A stretch of DNA of 64,000 bases from Centroscyllium fabricii (taxonomy: Eukaryota). Made by a program: the position numbers and the translations under genes. Positions 46,701 through 59,869 of the stretch are shown here, one piece after another (the stretch's first letter is position 1; every line of letters begins with the position of its first letter). The DNA is taken from contig JBNRSN020000001.1 of the NCBI GenBank assembly GCA_051313645.2, forward strand, positions 260,214,001 to 260,278,000, written 5' to 3'. The notes beneath the pieces were generated by a model. It did no database searches. It had not been told where the DNA came from and saw nothing but the letters and a program-made list of their open reading frames with translations.

Positions 46701-48585
46701 GTGAAGCTAGGGAGACTTTGTAGTTGGTGGGCAGGACCTGCAGTCCGCAGCGCCGCACTGTATCAGGGTGAACGAAACTCTCAGTGCTGCCTGTGTCGAA
46801 AAGGCAGTCGACAGTGTGATTATTAATAGTAATCGGCATTATGGAGTTAGACAGGGTATGGGGCCTGCCCTGGCTAACTCTGATTCTGGCTGCCGCAGCC
46901 CCTGCTGATCAGGGCTGTGCACAAGATGGCGGCGCCCCTGGCTCGCACATGGAGGGGCCCGGGATACAAGATGGCGTCGCCCCTGGCTCGCGCATGGAGG
47001 GGCCCTGGATACAAGATGGCGTCGCCCCTGGCTCGCACATGGAGGGGCCCTGGATACAAGATGGCGTCGCCCCTGGCTCGCACATGGAGGGGCTCTGGTT
47101 ACAAAATGGCGTTTCCGAGGGGACGCACACGGTGGGGCCCTGTGAAGGCGCTGGCGGCGCCCGTGATTCGCACGCAGCGAACCGCGGTGATCGGGTTGGC
47201 GGTGCCCGTGATTCGCACGCAGCGGGCCGCGGTGGTCGGGTTGGCGGTGCCCGTGATTCGCATGCAGCGGGCCGCGGTGGTCGGGTTGGCGGTGCCCGTG
47301 ATTCGCACGCAGCCGGCCGCGTTGGGGGGTCGCGCTTGGCCGGCCTTTGCCGCATCGGGGTGGGGGATGGGGGCGCTTGTTGTCTACCCCCGTACCGTCG
47401 CTGGATCGCGCTGCTGTTGCAGCTTACCTGGTGTCTGTCGGTGCTCTCACAGGCTGCACTGTTGTACCTTGAGTTGGGCGCTGCTGGAGCTGATCTGCAG
47501 GCTTTAGCGTAGTGTCCCTTCTTCGCACATTTCTCGCAGGTCGCCGTCCTGGCTGGGCATTTCGCTCTTGGGTGCAGTCCCTGGCTGCAGAAGTAGCAGC
47601 GCTTGTCTTTAGTGGCCGTCGCGGCCATCGTGGGGGCCTCGGCCTGTTGCGCCCAGGCCTGGGCCTGTTGTGGCGCGGCCCATATGTTGTAGGCTTGCGG
47701 GTTAGTGCCGCTGTACGCCTGTAACTTGCTTCGGGCCCCCTCTACTGATTTGGCTATCTTAGTCGCCTCCTCGAGGGATAATTCGTCTTTCTCTAGTAGC
47801 CGCTGGCGGGCTTCCACACACCTCAGTCCTGTAACATAAGCGTCCCGAACAAGGAGTTTTTCCTCCTCTTCAACTGTTGTGCCTTTGCAGCCACAGACCC
47901 GTACCAGGGCCAGGAGCGCTTGCTCGAACTCCTCATTGGACTCACCCGGTAGCTGAGATCTGGTCGCCAGCACATGTCGGGCGTAGACTGAATGGACCGG
48001 GCGCTCGTAACATTTCTTCAGAATTTGTACAGCCGATACGTAGGATGAGGCGTTCCTGATGAGGGTGAATACCCTGCTGGAGATCCTCGATCGTAGGACA
48101 TGCAGCTTGTTCCTGTCCGTTGTAGCCTTGGCGGCGTCCATGTAGGCCTCCAGGAGGCCGAACCAGTGTTCGTACGTGGCGGCAGCGGCATGGTCCTGGG
48201 GACTGATGTCCAGCTTCTCAGGTTTAACTGCGCTGCTCTCCATTTTAAAAATAATTAGCAATTAAAATTGACGTATCGTCAATATTTTCGATTAAAAGAG
48301 TCGACGAGTAGTTGCCGAAACTAAAGGCTTTTAATTGCTAAGAACGGAGCTACCCTCCAGAACGAACTACAGTACAGGAATGAAGGAGCCTCGGTCAGAT
48401 CTCACCTATAACGGGGCCTCACCTGGGGGAGGAGTTGGTGTGGCTGACCTGGCTCCCAACAGTGTCACAGTATACAGGGCTGTGCCTAACATCTGCACAG
48501 TATACAGGGCTGTGCCTAACATCTGCACAGCCCATCATTAGCCATAATGGTACAGTGGTATAGTAGACATACAATGGTTACCACA
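43712..48585 (-). mobile_element. Full-length Gypsy LTR retrotransposon C (RP2 intron 2, antisense)
   Basis: LTRs 43712-44001 and 48269-48585 differ by a 30-bp duplication, a 3-bp indel and ~1 substitution; TSD TCTAG; PPT present. Confidence 0.97.
43954..48243 (-). pseudogene. gag-pol of element C; one in-frame TGA (46909-46911) just before the protease
   Basis: Gag MESSAVKPEKL with two zinc knuckles; pol LFDTGS, YLDN, SDASD, HHCC and DDE; gag and pol are in the same frame. Confidence 0.9.
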
Positions 48586-49744
48586 TCTAGTGCTATTGAA
48601 ATGCCACGTGTTTGGGCTGGGGCTAGAACAATGTGATTTATGCAAAGGTGTTGTGACATCCACAAGCTGGCAGCATAAATTAGATACTGGAGTGGGGTAA
48701 AGGGTAGTGTTTTGGTACTTCCCCTTCTTGTCAGCTCAAAATCATCTCATTCTGAAGTGGTGGTTTCCACGTGCATGTAGAAGACAAGATCATTGGAGTT
48801 AACACTCATTTTTTTCATGTCATTGGCCCGTCCTTGTGGTCAGCGATGAAGCAAAGGCACTCGCGATCTCTGGCGAAATTCGTTTTTTCCAACGTGCAGT
48901 TGAAATGCTTGTAAGTTGATGGGGAATCTCTAACGCGAGCTGCTGTGACATCAACAAGCTGTCTAAGCAGCCAATCAAAATTCAGAATTTTCACAGACCG
49001 AGAGCCAGGAAGTGAGTAAGCTGCTCTGATTCTAACTTTTAAAAATGTTCTAGAGAGACGAAAATACAGATTTGTGGCTCTCACGTGGGGGGGAAAAGGT
49101 AAACCTGAAATAAAGAACAAACTTTAACATTGAGAAACTAAAATGTTTTAAATTTTTATTAAAATGGATAAATTTGACACTCCACAAAATCTTCGGGGCC
49201 ATAACCTTTGGTTAGCAGTTAATATGTTGTTAACACTCCAGTTACACCTAATCCAACAAGGCTTAACTTTTAGTGGGGCATTTAACTACGATATTCCCGC
49301 AGAAAAGCCGAAGTTTTCGTCCGTTGCACTGATTTCCGACTGGGGGTCGGGGGCCTCGGAGCAGTGACTGACCGCAAATTCAGGAATTCTGCGTTCGGTG
49401 CGCAGGCGCTACATCCTGAAGCTGCGGTCAGTTGCAAAGTGGTAACAACAGCGATCGCTGTTTGTTTGATTGCTGTTCTCACCCACCGCAAATTCTGGCC
49501 ATATTTCTTTTCCCGAAATGCACAACCTAACGATGGGAAGTGAACCTAGATTTGGAGGGGGTGAATGTGAATGATTTAAACTTGGATGAGGAAAGCTTTG
49601 CGTGCTGTTGTACAGGGCAAAGAACAAATTGTATTTGTATAGCGTCTCCAATATAAAATGTTCCCAGGGCGCTTCATGTAGGAGAGAATGGTAGAAGTGG
49701 AGTTGGGAGAGATGATGGATAGCATGGTCAAAAATGGAGGCTTT

Positions 49745-51305
49745 TGAACTACACTGTTCACAACCTTGGTGTCATATTTGACCCTGAAATTAGCTTCTGA
49801 CCACACATTCGCAGCATAACCAAGGCTGCCTATTTCCACCTCCGCAACATCGCCTATCCCCGCCCTTGCCTCGGCTCATCCACTACTGAAATCCTCATCC
49901 ATGTCTTTGGTACCTCGAGACTTGACTATTCCAACGCACACCTGGCTGGCCTCCCACATTTTACCCTATGAGGTGATCCAAAACTCTGCTGCCCGTGTCC
50001 TAACTCGCACCAAGTCCCGTTCACCCATCACCCCTGTGCTCGCTGACCTACATTGGCTCCCGGTTAAGCAACGCCTCGATTTCAAAATTCTCATCTTTTC
50101 AAATCCCTCCGTGGCCTCGCCCCTCCCCATCGCTGTAACCTCCTCCAGCCCCACAACCGCCCCTGGAGATATCTGCACTCCACTAATTCTGCCCTCTTGA
50201 GCATCATAGAACATAGAATATACAGCACTGTACAGGCCCTTGGGCCCTCAATGTAGTGCCGCGCTTAGTCCGTCTCTGATTTTTCCTGTCCCCCCTACTC
50301 TTCCTTCCCCTCCATGTACCTATCTATCATCCTTTTAAAAGCTCCCAGACTGTCCGCATCCACTATTTCAGATGGTAGCCTATTCCACTCCCTGACCACT
50401 CTCTGTGTAAAGAACTTGCCCCTGCCATCCCTTCTGAATCTTCCTCCTTGAATCTTGTGCTCGTGCCCTCTTGCTGTCGTTCTTCCCACCCGGGGAAACA
50501 GTCTCTGCACGTTTACTCTATCGATCCCCTTCATCATTTTAAACATCTCTATTAAGTCCCCCCTCTTCCTTCTCCGTTCCAGGGAGAAGAGTCCCAGCTC
50601 CCTCAACCTCTCCTCGTACGACTTTCCCCCCATTCCCGGCAGCATCCTGGTGAATCTCCTCTGCACCCTCTCCAACGCCTCCACATCCCTCCTGTAGTAC
50701 GGTGCCCAGAACTGCACACAGTACTCCAAGTGTGGTCTCACCAGTGACCTGTACAGCTGTAGCATGACCTCCCGGTTCTTAAACTCTATTCCCCTGTTGA
50801 TGAAGGCCAATACACCATACGCCTTTTTTACTGCCTTATCCACCTGGGTGGCAGCCTTCAATGATCTGTGTACATATACTCCCAGATCCCTTTGCTCCTC
50901 TGCTTCGCTCAGGACCCTGCCATTGACCCTATATTCCCTATTCCTATTTGCCCTACCGAAGTGTATCACCTCGCATTTCCCTGTGTTGAACTCCATTTGC
51001 CATTCTTCAGCCCAGCTCTGCATCCTATCCCATGTTTGTAATCACTCAGCCATTGGTGGCCGTGCCTTCTGTTGCCTAGGCCCTAAGCTCTGGAATTCCC
51101 TGCCTAAACCTCTCCGCCTCGCTACCTCTCTTTTCTCCTTTAAGACGCTCCTTAAAACCTCCCTCTTTGACCAAGCTTTTGGTCACCTGCCCTAATTTCT
51201 CCAAATGTGGCTCGGTGTCAAATTTTTTGTTTTGCAATACTCCTGTTCAGCACCTTGGGACGTTTTACTATGTTAAAGGTGCTATATAAATACAAGTTGT
51301 TGTTG
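49745..51305 (+). mobile_element. L2-type LINE fragment with nested young CR1 (50205-51025, minus)
   Basis: IQNSAARVLTRT..ITPVLADLHWLPV and GRAF..GPKLWNSLP; nested uninterrupted 242-aa CR1 ORF. Confidence 0.85.
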
Positions 51306-51989
51306 TAGTGAGTAGCAGTTCACAATGCAGGGCGCCATTAACGGGTCCAGGCGCTGCACATTTGAGGGGGTTGTTCGGCCCAACTGCTTGCCTCTCTTCC
51401 GCAGCTATGTTCTGGAGATGGAGCACGCGGTATCCGCCAGCAAGCCTGAGGCCTTCTGCAACCGGTGGGCACCGGAGGGACAGAGTGCTTCATCAACGCC
51501 CTCCCCCGCCTCCCACCCCAAATAAAATTTTAATTTGATTTAACTTTACTTTACAAGTTTTAGTTTAAGTTGCAGTTTTATTGGCCCGTATTTTCCAATT
51601 GGAGGCTTCCTGCGTGCAGAGGCCTGCAGTCTGGGGAAAAAAATCTACACTCTTACCGGAGGGCTCCCGAGGTCCGGACATTTCTGCTCCTGGGCCTCTA
51701 CTCTACGAAATGCGCAGGGCCCAGGTATCCCAGGGACGCAGGCGGTTCGCAAGCGTCCCAGCGATCACGTGGGCCAAGGGGAACCAATGAAAGAAGGGAA
51801 TCGCCCTTCACACTTAACAGGTCTCTGAGCTTGGACCCGTCAAAAGTATGAATGGGGATCACTCCAAAAACACATCAAAACATTAAATGCACTTTTTAAT
51901 CACGCTTTTAAAATTGAAAATATTTAATTTAATGTAATTTTTGGGAAAAAGTAAACGCTTTTTACAGGGCTAAAAATAAATTTACCGGT

Positions 51990-54900
51990 TGGGGATGGCA
52001 TTAAACGGGAAATTAGAGATGCGTGCAATAAGGGCACAGCAGTTATCATGGGTGACTTTAATCTACATATAGATTGGGCTAACCAAATTAGTAACAATAC
52101 TGTGGAGGAGGAATTCCTGGAGTGTATATGGGATGGTTTCCTGGAACAATATGTCGAGGAACCAACTTGAGATCAGGCCATCTTAGACTGGGTATTAGAG
52201 TCATCGAGTTATACAGCACAGAAAGAGGCCCATCGCGTCCACGACGGCCATCAAGCCCTGTCTATTCTAATCCCATTTTCCTGCATTTGGTCCGTAGCCT
52301 TGTATGCTATGGCATTTCAAGTGCTCATCTAAATGCTTCTTGAATGTTGTGAGGGTTCCTGCCTCTACCACCCTTTCAGGCAGTGAGTTCCAGATTCCAA
52401 CCACCCTCTGGGTGAAAACGTTCCTCCTCAAATCCCCTCTAAACCTCCTGCCCCTTAACTTGTAACTATGTCCCCTTGTTATTGACCCCTCTACCAAGGG
52501 AAAAAGTTCCTTTCTATTTACCCTATCTGTGCCCCTCATAATTTTGGACACCTCAATCAGGTCCCCCCTCGGTCTTCTCTGCTCCAAGGAAAACAACCCC
52601 AGCCTGTCCAGTCTTTCTTCATAGCTGAAGGTAACATCCTGGTGAATCTCCTCTGCACCCTCTCCAAAGCAATCACATCCTGCCTGTTGTGTGGCGACCA
52701 TAACTGCACACAGTACTCCAGCTGTGGCCTTACCAGCGTTTCGTACAGCTCCATCATAACCTCCCTGCTCTTGCCTTCATTAGTCTAGGTATAGAATATA
52801 AGTATCCCACATGCCTTTTCAACCACCTTATCTACCTGTCCTGCTGCCTTCAGGGATCTATGTACATGCACACCAAGGTCCCTCTGATCCTCTGTCTTTC
52901 CTAGGGTCTTACCATTCATTGTGTATTCCCTTGCCTTGTTAGTCCTTCCAAAATGCATCACCTCACACTTTTCAGGGTTAAATTCCATTTGCCCATCCGA
53001 CCAACCCATCTATATATTTTTTTATTATTCATTGATGGGATGTGGGCGTCGCTGGCTGGCTAGGCCTGCATTTAGTGCCCATCCCTAATTGCCATTGAGA
53101 AGATGGTGGTGAGCCGCCGCCTTGAACTGCTGCAGTCTTATTGTTTTTTGTAGCGGTTGTTTACAACTGAGTGGCTTGCTAGGCCATTTCAGAGGACATT
53201 AAGAGTCAACCACATGTAGGCCAGACCAGGTAAGGACGGCAGATTTCCTTCCCTAAAGGACATTAGTGAACCAGATGGGTTTTTGCAACAATCGACAATG
53301 ATATCATGGTCGCCATTACTAAGACTAACATTTAATTCCAGAATTAAATTGAATTGAATTTAAATTCCACCAGCTGCCGTGGTGGGATTTGAACCCATAT
53401 CCTCCGAGCATTTGACTGAGTCTCTGGTTTACTAGTCTAGTGATATAACCACTACGCCACCGCCTCCCCTATCTGCCTGTAGACTGAGGCTTCCCTCCTC
53501 GCTATCCACCACCCCACCAATTTTCGTGCCATCAGCGAACTTACTGATCATACCCTTAACATTCATATCCAAATCATTAATATAGACTACAAACAGCAAG
53601 GGACCCAGCACCAATCCCTGCGGTACCCCGCTGGACGCAAGCTCCCAGTCACACAAACAACCTTCGACCATCACCCTCTGCCTTCTGCCCCAAAGCCAGT
53701 TTTGGATCCACTGTGCCAAGGTGCCCTGGATCCCATGGGCTCTTACCTTCTTGACCGGGCTCTTACCTTCTTGACCAGTCTCTTATGCGGGACTTTATCC
53801 AAAGCCTTACTGAAATCCAATTATACCACTGCACTACCCTCGTCCACACGCCTAGTCACCCCCTCTCAAAATTCAACCAAGTTGGTCAGACATGATCTTC
53901 CCTTGACAAAGCCATGCTGACTATCCTTGATTAATCCTTGCCCCTCCAAGTAAATACTAATTCTATCTCTCAGAATTTTTTCCAATAATTTCCCTACCAC
54001 TGATGTTAGGCTCACTGGCCTGTAATTCCCTGGTTTATCCCTACTACCCTTCTTGAACAATGGTACCATGTTAGCTGTTCTCCAGTCCTCTGGCACATAC
54101 CCTGTGGCCAGGGAGGATCTGAAAATTAGTGTCAGAGCCCCTGCAATCGCCTCCCTTGCCTCGCACAGCAGCCTGGGATACATCTCATCCGGGCCTGGGG
54201 ATTTATCCACTTTTAAGCCTGCTAAAACCGCAAGTACCTCCTCCTCCTCGATGGTAATATGTTCAAGTATGTCGCAGTCCCCCTGCCTGATTTCTAAGCT
54301 TATGTCATCCTTCTCCGTAGTGAACATAGCTGTAAAAAATTCATTTAAAACCCCACCTACATCTTCTGGCTCTACACACAGATTGCCACTTTGGTCCCTA
54401 ATGGGCCCTACTCTTTCCCTAGTTATCCTCTTGCCCTTAATATACTTATAAAACATCTCAGGGTTATCCTTTATTTTGCTCGCCAGTGTTATTTCATGGC
54501 CCCTCCTCGCTCTCCTAATTTCTTTAAGTAGCCCCCTGCACCTTTTATACTCCTCTAGGGCTTCCTCTGTCTTTAGCTCTTTGTATCTGCCAAAAGCCCC
54601 CCTTTTCTCCTAATCCATTCTCGTATATCCCTTGACATCCAAGGTTCCCTGGGCTTTTTGGTCCCTCCCTTGACCTTTACGGGAACATGTTTTCCTAGTA
54701 CTCTCTCCATTACCTTTCTGAAAGTCTCCCACTGCTCTGATGTGGATTTTCCTTCAAGTAGCTGATCCCAGTCCACTTGGTCCAGATCCTGCCTTATCGT
54801 ATTCAAATCGGCCTTCCCCCAATTTAGAACCTTTATTTCCGGTCCATCTTTTCCCTTTTCCATGACTACCTTAAATCTCACTGAATTATGGTCACTATCA

Positions 54901-57535
54901 CCAGAGTGCTCTCCTACTAACACTTCTACCACTTGCCCGGCCACATTTCCTAGAACCAGGTCCAGTACCGCCCCCTCTTTTGTAGGACCCTCTACATACT
55001 GGCTCAAAAAGCTCTCCTGGATGCACTAAGAATTCTGCACGGTATTATGTAATGAGAAAGGGTTAATTAGCAATCTATGCGCGGCCCCTTGGGTTGGAGC
55101 GATCATAATATGATAGAACTCTTCATTAAGATGGAGAGTGAAGGAGTTGACTCAGAGACTAGGGTCCTGAATTTAAATAAAGGAAGCTACGATGGTATGA
55201 GGCATGAGTTGGGTAGGATTGATTGGGGAATGTTACTCAAAGGGTTGAAGGTGGATAGGCAATGGCAAACATTCAAAGATCACATGGTTGAACTACAGAA
55301 TCTGTTCATCCCTCTTTGGCTTAAAAATAAAACAAAAAAGGTGACTCAATCGTGGCTAACAAAGGAAATGAGCAAAAGCATAAGATCCAAGGAGAGGGCA
55401 TATAAATTGGCCAGAAAAAGCAGTAAACTTGAGGATTGGGAGCAGTTTAGGATTCAACAAAGGAGGACAAATGGATTAATTAAGAGGGGAGAAAATAGAG
55501 TATGAGAGTAAGCTTGCAGGGAACATAAAAACTGACTGTAAAAGCTTTTATAGATATGTGAAGAGAAAAAGATTGGTGAAGTCAAGCGTAGGCCCCTTGC
55601 AGTCAGAATCAGGGGAATTTATAATGGGGAACAAAGGAGAACACAAATAACCTCCCAGAGATGTCGGGGAGCAAAGGGTCTAATGAAACGGAGGAACTGA
55701 AAGAAATCAGTATTTGTAGCGAAATGGTGTTGGGGAAATTGACAGGATTGAAGGCCGTTAAATCCCCAGGGCCTGATAATCTACATCCTAGGGTACTTAA
55801 GGAAGTGGCCCTAGAAATAGTAGATGCATTACTGGTCATCTTCCAAAATTCGATAGACTCTGGAACAGTACCCATGGATTGGAGGGTAGCTAATGTTACC
55901 CCACTGTTCGAACAAGGTGGCAGAGAGAAACGGGGAAACGGGTAAGCCTGACATCGGTAGTGGGGAAAATGCTAGAGTCCATTATAAAAGATGTAATAGC
56001 CGAACACTTGGAAAGCAGTGACAGGATCGGACAAAGTCAACATGGATTTACAATGGGTAAATCGTGCGTGACTAATCTACTGGAATTTTTTGAGGATGTA
56101 ACTGGTAAAATAGATCAGGGAGAACCAGTGGATGTGGTGTATTTGGACTGTCAGAAGGCTTTCGATAAGGTCCTGCATAAGAGATTAGCGTGCAAAGTTG
56201 AAACACATGGGATTGGGTGTAAGGTATTGACTTGGATAGAGAACTGGTTGGCAGACAGAAAACAGAGTTGGAATAAACTGGTCTTTTTCCGAGTGGCAGG
56301 CAGTGACTAATGGGGTACTGCAGGGATCGGTCCTAGGACCCCAGCTATTCACAATATATATTAATGATCTAGACGAGGGAACTAGATGTAATATCTCCAA
56401 GTTTGAAGGCGACACAAAGCTGGGTGGGCGTGTGTGCTGTGAGGAGGATGCCGAGAAACTCCAGTATGATTTAAACAGGTTGGTTGATTGGGCAAAAGTA
56501 TGGCAGATGCAGTATAATGTGGATAAATGCGAGGTTATCCACTTTGGTGGCAAAAACAAGAAGGCAGATTATTATCTGAACGGCAATAGATTGGGAGAAG
56601 GGGTAGTGCAACGAGACCTGGGTGTCCTTGTGCACCAGTCGCTGAAGGTAAGCATGCAGGTGCAGCAGGCGGTTAAGAAGGCAAATGGTATACAGAATCA
56701 CACAAGATCGGAGCAGGAGTAGGCCATTCGGCCCTTCGAGCCTGCTCTGCCATTTTTGATGAGATCATGGCTGATCATCCAAACCCAGCACCCCCCTCCT
56801 ACCCTCTCCCCATATCCCCCGACACCCCCAACTCTAAGAACGATATCTCACACACATACTCATGGGCAATTTGTTTAGTATCTCTAATTCACCTAACCTG
56901 CATGTCTTTGGGTGTTGCCCTTTGTAGCAAGAGGGTTCGAGAACAGGAACAAGGATGTCTTGCTGCAGTTGTACAGGGCCTTGGTGAGACCACACCTTGA
57001 GTATTGTGTGCAGTTTTGGTCGCCTTATCTGAGGAAGGCTGTTCTTGCCATGGAGGAAGTGCAGCGAAGATTCACCAGACTGATACCTGGGATGGCAGGA
57101 ATGATGTATGAGGAGAGATTGGGTTGATTGGGCTTGTACTCGCTGGAGTTTAGAAGAATGAGAGGGGATCTCATTGAAACTTATAAAATTCAAACAGGAC
57201 TAGATGCAGGAAGGATGTTCCCGATTTTGGGGGAGTCCAGAACCAGGGGTCACAGTCTAAGAATACGGGGTAAGCCATTTAGAACAGAGATGAGGAGGAA
57301 TTTCTTCACCCAGAGAGTGGTGAACCTGTGGAATTCTCTAGCACAGAAGGCAGTTGAGGCCAATTCATTAAATATATTCAAGAAGGAGTTGGATATATTC
57401 CTTAAGGTGAAGGGATATGGAGAGAAGGCAGGGACAGGCTATTGAGTTTGGATGATCAGCCATGATCTCATTGAATGGCGGAGCAGGCTCAAGGGGCCGA
57501 ATGGCCGACTCCTGCTCCTATCCTCTATGTTTCTA
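51990..57535 (+). mobile_element. Long CR1 (endonuclease to tail) interrupted by an antisense CR1
   Basis: VIMGDFN at ~52040 resumes at ~55040 (SDHNMI); GGTATTA duplicated at the junctions. Confidence 0.85.
52197..55040 (-). mobile_element. CR1 LINE with nested SINE family 2 (53020-53470)
   Basis: ORFs 54573-55007, 53866-54456, 53432-53719 and 52267-53009. Confidence 0.88.
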
Positions 57536-57750
57536 AAGTATTTTAAAATTATAAATGAGTGGGGGGTGGGGGGGGGAAGTCTTATTCTGATAAAAGCCGG
57601 TCTTGCTTTTGCCAGGCGTAAGATCTTTTTAAAGCTTTTCAGTGGGCGGAGGTTGTGCAGAAAGCGGAACTCTCTGCCCACAGAGGCCCATCTCCAGGGC
57701 AGGCGCAGGATCTGTCGAGAGGATTCTTGACAGATTGGAAGTGCCGGTTT

Positions 57751-58150
57751 TAGAAACATAGAAACTAGGAGCAGGAGTCGGCCATTCGGCCCTTCGAGCC
57801 TGCTCCGCCATTCAATGAGATCATGGCTGATCATCCAAACCCAGTATCCTGCCCCTGCCCTCCCCCATATCCCTCGATTCCTATCGAGCCTGCACCGACA
57901 CACATCCCACTCTATCCCCGTAACCCCACATATTCAATCCCCCTAACACGAAGGGTCAATTTATCCTGGCCAATCAACCTAACCCGCACATCTTTGGACT
58001 GTGGGAGGAAACCGGAGCACCCGGAGGAAACCCACGCAGACACGGGGAGAATGTGCAAACTCCACACAGATAGTACCCGAGGCTGGATTTGAACCCGGGT
58101 CTCCAGTGCTGTGAGACAACAGTGCTAACCGCTGTGCCACCGTGCCGCCC
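57751..58150 (-). mobile_element. V-SINE
   Basis: Same family as 26453. Confidence 0.9.
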
Positions 58151-58721
58151 TTTCGCTTTGCATGCCTGAAACCTGCACTTGCGAGGCCCCTATGGGTGTG
58201 TACACAGCTCGTCCACACCCGTAGCGATGGGAAAATACAGGCCAATGGTTGTGCCCTTTAAAAGGGGGCACTTGCTTTTTTTTTTACTGGTGATGGCACG
58301 AGCCATCAATCACCGAAATTAACCAACAAGAGGTCGCAATGCAGGGCGGAGGAATTTAAGTGGGGGATTTTCAAAGATTAGGTGCGAGGCAGCTGAATTG
58401 AGTTGGTGCCAAGCTATTGAGCTTTTGGCAGGAGCTGAATACGATGCTCATTGAGGCTAAGACTGAAAATCACAGGACAAGCTAGCATAATACTTTTGTT
58501 TTAAGTGAACTGAATTGTCCTCCAACAATTTAATTGCTTCCTCAAAGAATTTCAGTATCTGTCTTTTCTTAATCCATGTTTAATTCCTTGCCGTCTCTAC
58601 ACTCCTTGGTTCAGTTTTCCCAATGCTCAATTGGAGAACTTTGGCTCATTTGCAATGTGTAGTATTCTGACAAAACAGATGATCATGGAATTGAGGATAA
58701 TAGTAGAGATAAAGCTGGGTG

Positions 58722-59117
58722 TCATAGAAGATAGGAGCAGGAATAGGCCATTCGGCCCCTCGAGCCTGCTCCGCCATTCAATGAGATCATGGCTGATCAT
58801 CCAAACCCAGTACCCCGTCCCTGCCTTGTCCCCATATCCCCCGATCCCTATCGAGCCTGCACCTACACATATCCCACTCTATCCCCGTAACCCCACACAT
58901 TCAATCCCCCTAACACTAAGGGTCAATTTATCCTGGCCAATCAACCTAACCCGCACATCTTTGGACTGTGGGAGGAAACCGGAGCACCCGGAGGAAACCC
59001 ACGCAGACACTGGGAGAATGTGCAAACTCCACACAGATAGTCACCCGAGGCTGGATTTGAACCCGGGTCTCTAGTGCTGTGAGGCAACAGTGCTAACCAC
59101 TATGCCACCGTGCCGCC
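58722..59117 (-). mobile_element. V-SINE
   Basis: Same family as 26453. Confidence 0.9.
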
Positions 59118-59455
59118 AGTTGTTATAAGTTCAGGGTTTTGCCTCCGATAATCTCTGGTATTCTGATATTCGTCACTCCCATCAATGGTCCGAGTGTCTT
59201 GTGTTTTCTGTTTATTTGCGTTGAAATACAAAAGTTTAAGTGGATTTTTCATGGAAAATTCAGATCCAGTCACTAACTCAAATTTGTATAAGTTGTGGCC
59301 ATCACGAAGCATAAATCCAGAATTGGAGTATGAATATCCTGATATTTGGGCCTGTTGGCAGAGAATATGCTTCATAATTGTGGAATGTTAGCATTATTGA
59401 ACAATGGAGCATAGAGACTGCCAGGAATTCAACACGGATTAAGAAAAGACGGATA

Positions 59456-59720
59456 CAGGTCTGGCACCGTTAATCCGGCACCGTCGGGACCACCATCGGG
59501 ACCAGGCCGGTGTCGGACTAGTGAAAAACCCGAACGACTGAAGTTTCGGCGAGCGCATGCGCAGACCATTCAAAATGGCTGCCACGCATGCGCAGACCAG
59601 TCTGGGAGAGGCCCGCACATCGCAAGTGTCCCTGGGATCACGTGGGCCGGCCAGACGGGATCGTGCCGGGCCACTGAATTTGCCGGACCATCGGTTCCCG
59701 GATTAACGGTGCACAACCTG
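59456..59720. mobile_element. MITE, same group as 39182 and 43097
   Basis: Ends CAGGTCTGGCACCGTTAATCCGG / CCGGATTAACGGTGCACAACCTG; TA on the left, CA on the right. Confidence 0.75.
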
Positions 59721-59869
59721 CAGTGAAATTCTTTGAGGAAGCAATTAAATTGTTTTAATAATTCAGTTCATTTTTTAAAAGAACACTTATTATGTGAGCT
59801 ATAAACATGCCCTGTGATTTTCAGCCTTAGCCTCAATGATACCAGTTACTGATCTCCGATATGGGCAAC

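Larger units (their letters stand above)
51583..58243. mobile_element. PIF/Harbinger-like MITE split by a nested LINE/SINE stack
   Basis: TIRs GGCCCGTATTTTCC / GGAAAATACAGGCC (13/14 match), flanked by ATT/AAT; GC-rich halves at 51583-51990 and ~57535-58243. Confidence 0.55.
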
